DNA of 64,000 nucleotides from NCBI GenBank assembly GCA_038883715.1, contig JAVZLS010000005.1, positions 14,652-78,651 of the forward strand, in the 5' to 3' direction. Made by a program: the position numbers and the translations under genes. The notes below the pieces were generated by a model. It was not told the DNA's origin, made no database searches, and was given only the letters and a program-made list of their open reading frames with translations. How positions within the stretch are numbered: position 1 is the stretch's first letter; each line of letters begins with the position of its first letter. The DNA is from Candidatus Bathyarchaeia archaeon (GTDB lineage Archaea; Thermoproteota; Bathyarchaeia; Bathyarchaeales; Bathycorpusculaceae). Positions 39,226-49,159 of this stretch are shown here, piece by piece.

Positions 39226-39996
39226 ATGAAAATTCTCGTCACTATGGGGCGGGGAGGCACTGGAAAAACAAGCTTCGTAGCCCTAATGACAAAACACTTT
39301 ATAGAATTGGGCGAGGCTCCACTCCTTCTTGTAGATGCTGACCCAGACCAGAACTTGGGCGAGATGGTTGGCGTAGACCTCCACGCAGCAGGCAAAAAGT
39401 CCATTTCAGAACTTCTCGTGGAAACCTTCCTAAAGGAGGGTGGAACAACCGTTGGAGTGCCACCAACAGAGCGCATCGAGAGCCGAATTTGGGCTCATGG
39501 AATGTATGAGGGCGAGCACTTTGACTTTATTGCACTTGGAACAAAGTGGGTTGAAGGGTGCTACTGCCTACCAAACGCAGCCCTAAAGGGCGCATTAGAA
39601 TCGCTAACAAAAAACTACAAGTACGTCCTAATCGATTCGCCAGCTGGCTTAGAACACTTGAATAGGCGTATAACATCCAAGGTGGACGACATCTTCGACG
39701 TCATTGACCCTTCTAAGAAGTCTTTTGACCATGTGGAGCGTGCCTACCGCGTGGCTAAGGAGGTTAAAATAGCCTTCCAAAACTTTTATGTTGTTGGCGG
39801 TTTCCGCTTCCCAGAAAGCCTAGAAAACCAAGCTAGGAACATTTTGCCTTTCAAGTTTTTGGGCAGAATCGCTTACGATGAGAGCGTTGAGGAATATGTT
39901 CTTGCTGGAAAATCTTTGCTGGGGATATCGCCGGAAACTCCGGCTTACGTTTCTGTTAAAAAAATAATGGAAAACGCTGGTTATGGCAAGGCGTAG
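39226..39996 (+). CDS. cooC: second CooC/AcsF-like maturation ATPase
   Basis: GRGGTGKT, DADP, GCYC and DSPAGLEH motifs. Confidence 0.82.
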   Translation: MKILVTMGRGGTGKTSFVALMTKHFIELGEAPLLLVDADPDQNLGEMVGVDLHAAGKKSISELLVETFLKEGGTTVGVPPTERIESRIWAHGMYEGEHFDFIALGTKWVEGCYCLPNAALKGALESLTKNYKYVLIDSPAGLEHLNRRITSKVDDIFDVIDPSKKSFDHVERAYRVAKEVKIAFQNFYVVGGFRFPESLENQARNILPFKFLGRIAYDESVEEYVLAGKSLLGISPETPAYVSVKKIMENAGYGKA

Positions 39997-40079
39997 CCCA
40001 ATTCACATAACGTTTGATGTAAGTTTCTAGAAAAGCTTAAAATGTTAGATGCTGACATTAAAACCTTCTACTCTGGGTT

Positions 40080-42437
40080 GTGTTTACCTTGAGCAAGAAA
40101 GGATTACATGTGAAAATTGGAGAAATGAAGACAGACTTGGGGCTTATTAAAAACCTTGAATTGTCCATTGGCAAGATAGTTGAGGAAGCATGGGCTGAAC
40201 CGATGGGGCCGACACCTTTCCCATCGCTGACAGCTCTACGCGAATGGGACATGAAGCTTCTGCAGCGCTATAAGCCATTTTATCTGCCCTTCTGTGATGT
40301 CTGCTGCCTCTGCACTTTTGGCAAATGTGACTTAACTGGAAACAAGCGCGGTGCATGTGGCATAAACATGGCTGCCCAACAGTCCCGTATAGTGCTATTG
40401 GCATGCTGTATTGGTGCTGCAACCCATACTGGGCATGCCCGCCACTTGGTGGAGCACTTAATCGAGAAATATGGTAGAAGAATGCCCTTAGACGTTGGCG
40501 GATTGAACGTTCAAGTGGAAGCGCCAGTTACAAGGCTTGTCTGCGGAGTTAAGCCTGAAACCCTCGGCGACCTTGAAGAAATATTGGATTACGTGGAGAC
40601 ACAAGTTACCCACTGCCTGTCTGTTTGCCACACTGGGCAAGAGGGAAGCAACCTCGACTTTGAGTCAAAAGTTTTCCACGTGGGCATGTTGGACCATGTT
40701 GGCATGGAAGTGGCTGACATAGCCCAAATAGCCGCCTACGGCTTTCCAAAGGCTGACCCTGACGCGCCGCTTGTGGATTTAGGCTACGGAACAGTAAACA
40801 TTGAAAAGCCAGTAATCCTCTGCATAGGGCATAATGTTGTTCCATCCGTGGGCATAATTGATTATATGAAGGAGAACGGGCTGGACGGAGAAATAGAAGT
40901 TTGCGGCTTATGCTGCACAGCCCATGATATAGCGCGCTATTATAAAAGAGGGAAGATTATTGGACCAATTTCTTGGCAATTACGCTTCATAAGAAGCGGA
41001 GTTCCAGACGTTGTTGTTTTGGATGAGCAGTGTATCCGAACAGATTCTTTCTATGAGGCTCAGCGGATTAAGGCTCCTGTTATTGTGGCTTCTGAAAAGA
41101 ACTGCATGGGATTGCCAAACCGCACAGACGACCCGGCAGACGCCATAGTTGAAGACCTTGTAAGCGGCAAAATCCCAGGCGCATTAATCTTGGACCCAGA
41201 AAAAGTGGGCGAAGTCGCTGTTAAAGTAGCCTTGAAAGTGGCACCTTTGAGGAAGAAGTTTAAGGCAATTCCCGAGGCGGATGAAGTTCTGCAAAAGGCG
41301 AAGGAGTGCCGCCAGTGCGGCGACTGCCGAAGAGCTTGCCCACAAGACCTGCACATTCCAGAAGCCATGAAAGCCGCCATGGAAGGCTCTTTAGCTAAGC
41401 TTGCAGAACTATACGACTTATGCGTTGGATGCGGACGATGTGAGGAAGCATGCCCTGTAGGATTGCAAATTCACAGCTTCATTGTTAAGGCTGGGGAGAA
41501 GAAGCTTAAAGAGGAAACCTATAAGGTGCGGGCTGGAAGAGGCCCAATACAAGACGTGGAAATCCGAAACGTGGGAAGTCCAATAGTACTCGGCGAGATT
41601 CCGGGCGTAATTGCCTTCGTTGGATGCGCCAACTACCCGAAAGGCGGGATAGAAGTTGCGGAAATGTGCCGCGAATTCGCCAGCAGACGCTACATAGTTG
41701 TCACTTCTGGATGTGCCGCCATGACGGCTGGCATGTACAAAAACGAAGAGGGCAAAACTCCGTATGAAGAGTTTACAGGAGAGTTCACGGCTGGATGCAT
41801 GGTGAATGTTGGTTCGTGTGTTGCTAACGCGCATATCGCCGGCGCAGCAATAAAAATTGCCAACATCTTTGCTAAGAGAAATTTGCGCGCCAATTACGAG
41901 GAGATTGCCGACTACATCCTAAACCGTGTGGGCGCCGTTGGCGTTGCATGGGGAGCATACTCCCAAAAAGCTGCTTCAATAGCCGCCGGTTTCTGGCGTT
42001 TAGGCGTTCCAGTTATCGTTGGTCCTCATGGCATCAAGTATCGGCGCATGCTTTTGGGAAGGACTGACCGTGAAGAAGACTGGTACGTTTATGATGCTAG
42101 AACTGGTGAGAGGGTCTATGTGGGACCTGCTCCGGAGCACTTGTTCTACGCGGCTGAAACTAAGGAGGAAGCCATGGTTATGATTGCTAAACTTTGTATG
42201 CGCCCCAACGATACCACGAAGGGAAGAGCCATAAAGTTGACACATTATGTTGATTTGCATAAGCGCCTTTATGGAACCATGCCAGAAGACATCCACCGCT
42301 TCGTGCGGACAGTCGCCGACATACCAGTAACAATGAAGGATGAAATCATAAAGATTCTAGAGGAGAAGGGCTGGAAGGAAACAATCATTCCAGACCCGAC
42401 GCTGTTGCCTAGACTTATAAGGAAGAGGAAGGAGTGA
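40080..42437 (+). CDS. cdhA: acetyl-CoA decarbonylase/synthase alpha subunit (CODH)
   Basis: CDVCCLCTFGKC, GHN, CCTAHD, two 4Fe-4S motifs and GSCV. The true start may be a few codons downstream. Confidence 0.96.
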   Translation: MFTLSKKGLHVKIGEMKTDLGLIKNLELSIGKIVEEAWAEPMGPTPFPSLTALREWDMKLLQRYKPFYLPFCDVCCLCTFGKCDLTGNKRGACGINMAAQQSRIVLLACCIGAATHTGHARHLVEHLIEKYGRRMPLDVGGLNVQVEAPVTRLVCGVKPETLGDLEEILDYVETQVTHCLSVCHTGQEGSNLDFESKVFHVGMLDHVGMEVADIAQIAAYGFPKADPDAPLVDLGYGTVNIEKPVILCIGHNVVPSVGIIDYMKENGLDGEIEVCGLCCTAHDIARYYKRGKIIGPISWQLRFIRSGVPDVVVLDEQCIRTDSFYEAQRIKAPVIVASEKNCMGLPNRTDDPADAIVEDLVSGKIPGALILDPEKVGEVAVKVALKVAPLRKKFKAIPEADEVLQKAKECRQCGDCRRACPQDLHIPEAMKAAMEGSLAKLAELYDLCVGCGRCEEACPVGLQIHSFIVKAGEKKLKEETYKVRAGRGPIQDVEIRNVGSPIVLGEIPGVIAFVGCANYPKGGIEVAEMCREFASRRYIVVTSGCAAMTAGMYKNEEGKTPYEEFTGEFTAGCMVNVGSCVANAHIAGAAIKIANIFAKRNLRANYEEIADYILNRVGAVGVAWGAYSQKAASIAAGFWRLGVPVIVGPHGIKYRRMLLGRTDREEDWYVYDARTGERVYVGPAPEHLFYAAETKEEAMVMIAKLCMRPNDTTKGRAIKLTHYVDLHKRLYGTMPEDIHRFVRTVADIPVTMKDEIIKILEEKGWKETIIPDPTLLPRLIRKRKE

Positions 42438-42452
42438 TGGAGGGATAGCGTT

Positions 42453-42983
42453 ATGGCGGCTGAACCTTGGCAAACGGCTGAAATTCCTGGACCAAAAAAG
42501 GCTTTAGTTATTACTAAGCCTGAAGTTGTTGCGGCCATGATAAAACGGGCTAAGCATCCGGTGCTTGTTGTTGGGCATAAGGCGGCTGAAATAGACTTTG
42601 ACGGTGGGAAACTCATAGACTTCATAATTGAGTTTTCAAAGAAGAGCGGCATCCCAGTTGTGGCTACAGCCCACATGATAGGCGAGTTCACAAAGCGAGG
42701 TTTTAAGCCAGCGGCTTTCATGCCGGCTGTTGATATTGGAAACCGCCTCGTCGACCCGGATTGGGCGGGTGTTGACGGTAAGGGACAGCATGACCTAGCA
42801 TTGTTTGTGGGGCTCTACTATTACATGGAGTGGACAATCTTGTCGGGGCTGAAGCATTTCGCCCAACACTTGAAGACGATATCTTTAGATAATGTTTATC
42901 ATCCCCATGCAAGTTGGTCTTTCCCAAATCTTTCCCACGAGGAGTGGGTGAAAAACCTTAAAGTCATAATGGAGAAAGTTTGA
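42453..42983 (+). CDS. cdhB: ACDS epsilon subunit
   Basis: AKHPVLVVG, WAGVDGKGQHDL and LSGLKHF motifs; follows cdhA. Confidence 0.93.
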   Translation: MAAEPWQTAEIPGPKKALVITKPEVVAAMIKRAKHPVLVVGHKAAEIDFDGGKLIDFIIEFSKKSGIPVVATAHMIGEFTKRGFKPAAFMPAVDIGNRLVDPDWAGVDGKGQHDLALFVGLYYYMEWTILSGLKHFAQHLKTISLDNVYHPHASWSFPNLSHEEWVKNLKVIMEKV

Positions 42984-43001
42984 AGGAGGCGAAAATAGGA
43001 A

Positions 43002-44423
43002 ATGAGCATGTTTCAAGACATACCCGTCGACGTGGGCGTAATCTACGAGGGCGAAAGAATCCGAAGAAAGGACATGTTTGTGGAGCTCGGCGGACCAGAC
43101 GTCAAAGAAAAATTTGAACTTGCAAGGGTCAAAAAGCCAGAGGAAGTCGAAGACGGAAAAATAATCATCATTGGACCGGACATTAAGGACATGGAGGAAG
43201 GCAAAACATACCCGTTCGGCATCCTTATCGAAGTGGCTGGCGCCAAGCTAGAGCCAGAACTGGAAGGCGTTATTGAGAGGCGTATTCACGCCTACTGCAA
43301 CTATATTGAGGGTTTTATGCACCTAAACCAGCGCTACGACATCTGGTTAAGGCTTAGCAAGAAGTCCTACCAGAAGGGCTTAAACTCCTTCCAATTTATC
43401 GGCAAAGTCTTGCATAGGCTGTTTAAGAGCGAACTTCCAATAATCGAGAAAATGCAAGTAACCTTCATAACCGACGCCGAAAAGGTCAAAGAGCTTTATC
43501 CCCAAGCACTGCAGATTTATGAGGCAAGAGATGCGAGGGCTAGGGGTCTTAAGGACGAGGAAGTGGACAAGTTTTATGGCTGCATCTTATGCCAGTCTTT
43601 TGCGCCAACCCACTGCTGTGTGATAACGCCACAGCGCTACTCTAATTGCGGTGCCATAAGCTGGTTTGACGCTAGGGCTTCAGCCAACATAGACCCGAAA
43701 GGTCCCATATTCGAAATTGACAGAGGCGAGCTTTTAGACCCTGAAAAAGGCGAGTATTCGGGTGTAGACGAGGCTGTTAAGAAAAGGACTTTGGGCGAGA
43801 TAACTCGCGTTTGGCTTTACACGGCTTTTGGCTATCCCCACACTTCTTGTGGCTGCTTTGAGGGTGTTGCCTTCTACATTCCGGAGGTGGACGGCTTCGG
43901 CATAGTCCACAGAGGCTACAAGGAAGTAACCGTAAACGGTTTAGCCTTCTCCACATTGGCGGACTCAACGGCTGGCGGGCGGCAAGTGGACGGTTTCCAC
44001 GGCATATCCATCGAGTACATGCGCTCTCCAAAGTTTCTGCAAGCCGACGGCGGCTACAAACGCGTTGTCTGGATGCCAAAGGAAGTGAAAGAACGTGTTA
44101 AGAACTTTATTCCAGCGGAGCTTGTGGACAAAATCGCCACAGAAGAGGACGCCAAAACCATTGACGAGCTAAAGGCTTTCCTAAAAGCCCGCAGTCACCC
44201 GGTTGTTGAGCGCTGGAAAGAAGAGGTTGTAGCCGTTCCAGAGGCTGTTCCTGCAGAAGCTGAAGCGCGGGAAGAGGCTGCACCAGCCATGGTGCCGACA
44301 ATCACCGCGGCTACTCTGCCCATAACTGCTGGCGGATACAAAATCATACTGAAGGATGCTAAAATCTATGCTAAACGCGTCATAATACGTTCTGTTAAAA
44401 GCGAGAAAGCAGAGAAAAGGTGA
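43002..44423 (+). CDS. cdhC: ACDS beta subunit (acetyl-CoA synthase)
   Basis: YEGERIR, CILCQSFAPTHCC and HTSCGCFE motifs. Confidence 0.96.
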   Translation: MSMFQDIPVDVGVIYEGERIRRKDMFVELGGPDVKEKFELARVKKPEEVEDGKIIIIGPDIKDMEEGKTYPFGILIEVAGAKLEPELEGVIERRIHAYCNYIEGFMHLNQRYDIWLRLSKKSYQKGLNSFQFIGKVLHRLFKSELPIIEKMQVTFITDAEKVKELYPQALQIYEARDARARGLKDEEVDKFYGCILCQSFAPTHCCVITPQRYSNCGAISWFDARASANIDPKGPIFEIDRGELLDPEKGEYSGVDEAVKKRTLGEITRVWLYTAFGYPHTSCGCFEGVAFYIPEVDGFGIVHRGYKEVTVNGLAFSTLADSTAGGRQVDGFHGISIEYMRSPKFLQADGGYKRVVWMPKEVKERVKNFIPAELVDKIATEEDAKTIDELKAFLKARSHPVVERWKEEVVAVPEAVPAEAEAREEAAPAMVPTITAATLPITAGGYKIILKDAKIYAKRVIIRSVKSEKAEKR

Positions 44424-44430
44424 AAGGGGC

Positions 44431-45654
44431 TTGGCTGAAAAGAAGGAAAAGGACGAGACGGTTTTAGGGTTAAAGCTGAACTCTCGGCTGCTGGAGCTTT
44501 TGGCGAAGCTTCAAGAAATTGAGCTTGAAGACTTTGAGATGGAGGTTGGCGACCTAGAAATTTGGCTTCAACCCGGCGCAGTGGCAGCCCCGGTAATTGC
44601 CCCACCAAAAGTTGCCCCGCCAGTCAAGGCTAAACCCACAAAAATAATTGAGGTTGAATTCGTTCCGCCAGTTGAAACCTATCCGGGAAGGGTTGTTGAG
44701 GTTAAGCTCGGAGCCACAAAAAGCGAGGGCGGGACAAGGGGCAAAACGGTTGTTATCGGCGGCGAAACCACCCCAGCCTTCTACACCTTTGAGAGACCTA
44801 CGCCTCATCCGCCAGTCATATCCTTGGACGTTTTTGACATGGAGGTCCCGCTTGCCAAGGCTGTTAAGATGCATGTTAAGGATGTTTTAGGCGACCCGGC
44901 GGCTTGGGCTAAACTGGCTGTTGAAAAGTTCGGCGCAGACTTGATAACCATCCACCTAATCAGCATTGACCCGCTTGTAAAGGATGCATCGCCCAAAGAG
45001 GCTGTTAAAACCGTTGAGGCTGTTGCACAAGCAGTGGACGTGCCACTAATCATCGGCGGCTGCGGCGACCCGGTGAAGGATGCGAATGTCTTCCAAGAAG
45101 TGGCTGAAACCTTTGCCGGCGAACGTTTCTTGATAAGCTCTATTACAAGGGATATGGACGTTGAACGCTGCGCCAAATTCATCAAAAAGAATGGGCATGT
45201 GGCACTTTCGTTCACACCTATGGACTTGAACTTGGCTAGAGAGCTGAACCGTCGGCTGTACGATTTCTTGGCTAAAGAGGACATCGTCATGGACTTAACA
45301 ACGGCGGCTTTAGGTTACGGTTTAGACTATGCCTTCACAAATATGGAAAGGGCTCGCCTAGCGGCTTTAATGGGTGACCCGGAGCTGGCTCATCCCATGT
45401 CTTCTGGAACAACCAACGCTTGGGCAGCCCGTGAGGCATGGCTTAAAATGGCTCCAGAGTGGGAGCCCCGCGAGCTTCGAGGACCATTATGGGAGGTTGT
45501 TACTGCTTTGACGCTTCTACTGGCTGGCGTAGACCTTTTCATGATGATGCATCCAGCAGCCGTAAAAACAGTGAAAGATGTCATAGCCCAGCTTATTAGT
45601 GGCAAGTCTGGCAATGCTGACAGGCTTGTGGAATGGGTTACCGCCAAAGTTTAA
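44431..45654 (+). CDS. cdhD: ACDS delta subunit (corrinoid Fe-S protein small subunit)
   Basis: GATKSEGGTR, TAALGYGLDY, NAWAAREAW and MMMHP motifs. Confidence 0.95.
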   Translation: MAEKKEKDETVLGLKLNSRLLELLAKLQEIELEDFEMEVGDLEIWLQPGAVAAPVIAPPKVAPPVKAKPTKIIEVEFVPPVETYPGRVVEVKLGATKSEGGTRGKTVVIGGETTPAFYTFERPTPHPPVISLDVFDMEVPLAKAVKMHVKDVLGDPAAWAKLAVEKFGADLITIHLISIDPLVKDASPKEAVKTVEAVAQAVDVPLIIGGCGDPVKDANVFQEVAETFAGERFLISSITRDMDVERCAKFIKKNGHVALSFTPMDLNLARELNRRLYDFLAKEDIVMDLTTAALGYGLDYAFTNMERARLAALMGDPELAHPMSSGTTNAWAAREAWLKMAPEWEPRELRGPLWEVVTALTLLLAGVDLFMMMHPAAVKTVKDVIAQLISGKSGNADRLVEWVTAKV

Positions 45655-45680
45655 AGGGTTTAATGGAGGTTTGAGGCGTT

Positions 45681-47117
45681 ATGAGTGAAAGGGAAGCCAA
45701 AGGCAAGATCGGCGTTAAGGAACTTAGCCCCATAGACGTTTACAAGCTTCTTCCGCGTACAAACTGTAAGGAGTGCGGCGAAGAAAACTGCATGGCTTTC
45801 GCCACAAAAGTTGTGAACCGCGAAGTCCCCATAGAAAAGTGCAAGCCCATATTGAAGAAGGAGTTTGAGAAAGCCTACAAACAGCTTAAAGAAATGCTGA
45901 AACCAGCCATAAAAGAAGTTGTCATTGGCACTGGTGAAAGGGCTGTTAAAATCGGCGGAAAACTTGTCATGTATCGCCACGAGCTTACATACTTTAACCC
46001 AACAGCCATAGCCATAGACGTAACAGACGAGATGTCAGAAGAAGAAATCCTAAGCCGCATCAAACGGGTTGAAGAATTCCACTACGAATATATTGGGCAA
46101 ATTTTAAAGTTGGACATGGTTGCAGTTCGCTCAACGTCCAACGACCCGGACAAGTTTAAGGCAGCAGTGCGCAAGGTGGCAGAAAACACTAAACTACCCA
46201 TGGTTCTGTGTTCGCTGAACCCAACGGTTTTGGAAGCTGGTTTGATGGCTGCGCCGAAAGCCCGACCGCTCTTGTATGCGGCTACCAAGGATAATTGGAG
46301 GGAGATGGCTGAACTAGCCCTAATGTACGGTTGCCCGCTGACAGTTTTTGCACCCAACAACCTTAAACTTTTGAAGTCCTTGGCGAAGACACTTCTGGAA
46401 TACGGCGTGGAAGACCTTGTTCTGGACCCTGGCACATTTGCAGGCGACGGCTTGGCTGACACACTTAATAATTTCACTATGATTAGGCGTTTGGCTTGCA
46501 AGCAAGGCGACGAGCTTCTAGGCTTTCCATTAATGGGTGCTCCCATGACCGTCTGGCTTGAAAGCAGCGGAATAGCCCCAGAAATCGTCAAATGGCGAGA
46601 AGCCTATTTGGCGGCTATGCTTATTGTGCGGTTTGCCGACATCCTCGTAATGCACAGCCTAGACGGATGGGCTTTACTGCCAAACGTTGTTTTAAGAGCC
46701 AACATTTACACGGATCCCCGCAAACCAGTAGCCGTAGAGCCAGGCTTGAAAGTTTTTGGCACCCCAGACGAGAACTCGCCAGTAATGTTCACAACCAACT
46801 TCGCCCTAACCTACTACACAGTGGCTTCAGACATAGAATCCGCAAAAATAAACGCCTACTTGCTTGTTGTAGACACGGAAGGCATAGCCGTAGACAGCGC
46901 AGTAGCCGGACGCAAACTAACAGCAGAAAAAGTAGCCGAAGCAATAAAGGCTTCAGGAATAGAAAACAAAGTGAAACACAGAAAACTAATTATACCCGGC
47001 AAGGCGGCACGCCTAAGCGGAGAAATAGAAGAACTAAGCGGATGGCAAGTCTTAGTAGGACCAAGAGACTCATCGGAAATCCCAAAATTCCTACAGGAAA
47101 AATGGCAAAGCTCCTAA
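45681..47117 (+). CDS. cdhE: ACDS gamma subunit (corrinoid Fe-S protein large subunit)
   Basis: LPRTNCKECGEENCMAFA, YRHE, IYTDPRKP and TTNFALTY motifs. Confidence 0.96.
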   Translation: MSEREAKGKIGVKELSPIDVYKLLPRTNCKECGEENCMAFATKVVNREVPIEKCKPILKKEFEKAYKQLKEMLKPAIKEVVIGTGERAVKIGGKLVMYRHELTYFNPTAIAIDVTDEMSEEEILSRIKRVEEFHYEYIGQILKLDMVAVRSTSNDPDKFKAAVRKVAENTKLPMVLCSLNPTVLEAGLMAAPKARPLLYAATKDNWREMAELALMYGCPLTVFAPNNLKLLKSLAKTLLEYGVEDLVLDPGTFAGDGLADTLNNFTMIRRLACKQGDELLGFPLMGAPMTVWLESSGIAPEIVKWREAYLAAMLIVRFADILVMHSLDGWALLPNVVLRANIYTDPRKPVAVEPGLKVFGTPDENSPVMFTTNFALTYYTVASDIESAKINAYLLVVDTEGIAVDSAVAGRKLTAEKVAEAIKASGIENKVKHRKLIIPGKAARLSGEIEELSGWQVLVGPRDSSEIPKFLQEKWQSS

Positions 47118-47252
47118 ACTGTTTTCCGTCTCATCAATAATCGATAATGAGGGTGTCAGAGAAAATCTTCGTTTCGTTGAGCTAACTCTTTCTTATCTTT
47201 TTATACCCTATTATGCCATACAGTTAGACGTTTACTTGAAAAGGTTGTTAGA

Positions 47253-47732
47253 ATGATTAGAGAAGCTCGCATCGAAGACGTACCCTTTATCGTTGACATG
47301 ATAAGGTCGGCTGTTGATGAAGGAGTTTTCCATTCAATAGAGCTTTCAGTTGAAGAGCAAAGAAGAGAGTTTAGAAATTTTGCCTTTGAAAATCCGCCGG
47401 AAGGCTATCTGCTCTTGGTTTATCAGATTGGAAACGAAATTGTGGGTTATATTGATTCTCGCGTGAAGAGAGGCGTAGGCCATATTTTAGGAATCTACGT
47501 AAAGCCACATTATCGTAAAAAGGGTGTCGGAAAGAAACTCATAGATGAAATATTAGATAGTTTCAGAAAAAAAGGATGTCACAAGGCAAGGCTTGAAGTC
47601 TTTGCAGACAACCATAACGCAATCAGATTTTATAATCGCCTTAACTTCATCCAAGAAGGCTTTCTCCGCCAAGACGAAGGAAAAAGAGACATAATTATAA
47701 TGAGCAGGTTCTTGAAAGAAAACTCTCTATAA
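47253..47732 (+). CDS. GNAT N-acetyltransferase
   Basis: YVKPHYRKKGVG motif A and NHNAIRFY. Confidence 0.88.
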   Translation: MIREARIEDVPFIVDMIRSAVDEGVFHSIELSVEEQRREFRNFAFENPPEGYLLLVYQIGNEIVGYIDSRVKRGVGHILGIYVKPHYRKKGVGKKLIDEILDSFRKKGCHKARLEVFADNHNAIRFYNRLNFIQEGFLRQDEGKRDIIIMSRFLKENSL

Positions 47733-47778
47733 GAGAGACGCTGCGCTATAACCCCCCTTTTTCGAAGCGCGCCAGAGC

Positions 47779-48596
47779 TTATTTTATCGCGATAATGATC
47801 ATGTCCTTTTCCCTCTTAATCTTGTTAACTTTTCTGAAACCGCTTTGAGTTAAAACATTTAAGTAATCTTTAAGCACCCACTTGATTCGCGGATTCATTA
47901 CAGAGGCTATTTCGGCTTCTAAGATGCCTTTCTTTTCGATTAAGTAAATGTTGTTTTCAAGGATTCCCTCAGCAGTCTTATTTGCAACTTCAATGTGTAT
48001 TATTCTCATGCTGCCATGCTCAACTGGCTGGTTAATCACGAACTGTTTCCCGCTTTTTCCACTCTCTTCCAATTAACTTCTTTAAATCCGATTTTGTCAA
48101 GTTTGGGAAAAGCGTGTAAAATATGAATTTTCCACCATCTTTAAGCACTGAATAGATGCCTCTAGCCGAAGCCTTAAGTGCAGCACGCGAGCCTAACTCG
48201 TCAAAGTAGTCGCTGAACACACAATCATATTTTCGCATGCAATTTTCCCCTAAATTGTCAAAACGAGAACGGAAAAACCTTATTTTTAATCCCTCTTCCG
48301 CCGCAACTTTTGGCGCATACCCGATTGCGATGGCGCTTGCATCAGAGCCTTCAACTTCGTAGCCCTCCTTTGCGAACATTATTGTTTTGAAGCCAAGCCC
48401 ACAAGAGCAATCTAATATGGATTTTACATGCAGTTTAGGAAGTAAAGAAAAAAGGAGCTGCAAGCCAGAACGTGTTTCCTCTAAATACTTGGGAACCCAA
48501 ACCTTTCTGGTTAACCAAGACCACTTCCAAATAGTATCCCAAACCTTTGTTTCAGTCTTACATACACGAACTTCAAACAGAAGAACTGGTCACCAT
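47779..48596 (-). pseudogene. class I SAM-dependent methyltransferase with two frameshifts
   Basis: ILDCSCGLG motif I and GSDAS. One reading frame is restored by removing one base at about 48575-48577 and one at about 48049-48051 (MVTSSV/EVRVCK...EWKKR/KQFVINQP). Confidence 0.7.
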
Positions 48597-48608
48597 GCAC
48601 CATGTTTC

Positions 48609-49064
48609 CTATCTGCTTCTTCTTTTTTCGAGATATTCTATGTTGTCAAAATTTTCTTTAGTTTTCTTTTCCTGCTCTCTCAGCCAGCTTGCATAACCCA
48701 TTTTTCTTATACTTTCATAATTTTCTCTGATATTGTAGGTTTCTTTCTGGTAGCTGATTTTCTGGCAACCTACAAATTCTCCACAAAAATAGCAGTTCTT
48801 TAGCTTTCTTTGCAAACAACAAACCCTCACTTCACAAAGCGGCATTCCTCCGCCTTTAACACAGCCTGGACAACTTGAGTTAGCAAACCAGCTTAAACCT
48901 TTCATTAAATCATCAAAGTTAAAGTCCTGAGTAATATTATGTATCCATTCAGCATACCCATAAGCGTCGATGAATCTCTTCAAATTCTTTGCCATCTCTG
49001 GGATGCGCGTTTGCATACCACAATGGTCACAGCAAACGCCACAATAACCTATCACCACACTCAA
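48609..49064 (-). CDS. DUF3795-like Cys-rich protein
   Basis: GYCGVCCDHC, CPGC and CEVRVCC...CYFC motifs. Confidence 0.78.
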   Translation of the reverse strand: MSVVIGYCGVCCDHCGMQTRIPEMAKNLKRFIDAYGYAEWIHNITQDFNFDDLMKGLSWFANSSCPGCVKGGGMPLCEVRVCCLQRKLKNCYFCGEFVGCQKISYQKETYNIRENYESIRKMGYASWLREQEKKTKENFDNIEYLEKRRSR

Positions 49065-49159
49065 TAAATTCCCTCCACCCTTAATTTATTCAAAATATCT
49101 ATTTAAATCAAAAGACAATAATTAATGAATAACTTTGGAAATTGTGGCTGTGTTTGCTC

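Noticed and set aside
40058-47140. Numerous antisense and alternate-frame ORFs over the cdh genes (likewise over mgtA, pfk and cofE)
   Set aside because: Shadow ORFs of strongly conserved genes with no motifs.
47149-47166. GAGGGTGTCAGAGAAAAT resembling an IS terminal inverted repeat after cdhE
   Set aside because: No partner repeat, target duplication or transposase remnant was found by eye.
48032-48072. Programmed frameshift in the methyltransferase
   Set aside because: A second frameshift near the start and no clear stimulatory structure favour decay or sequencing error.
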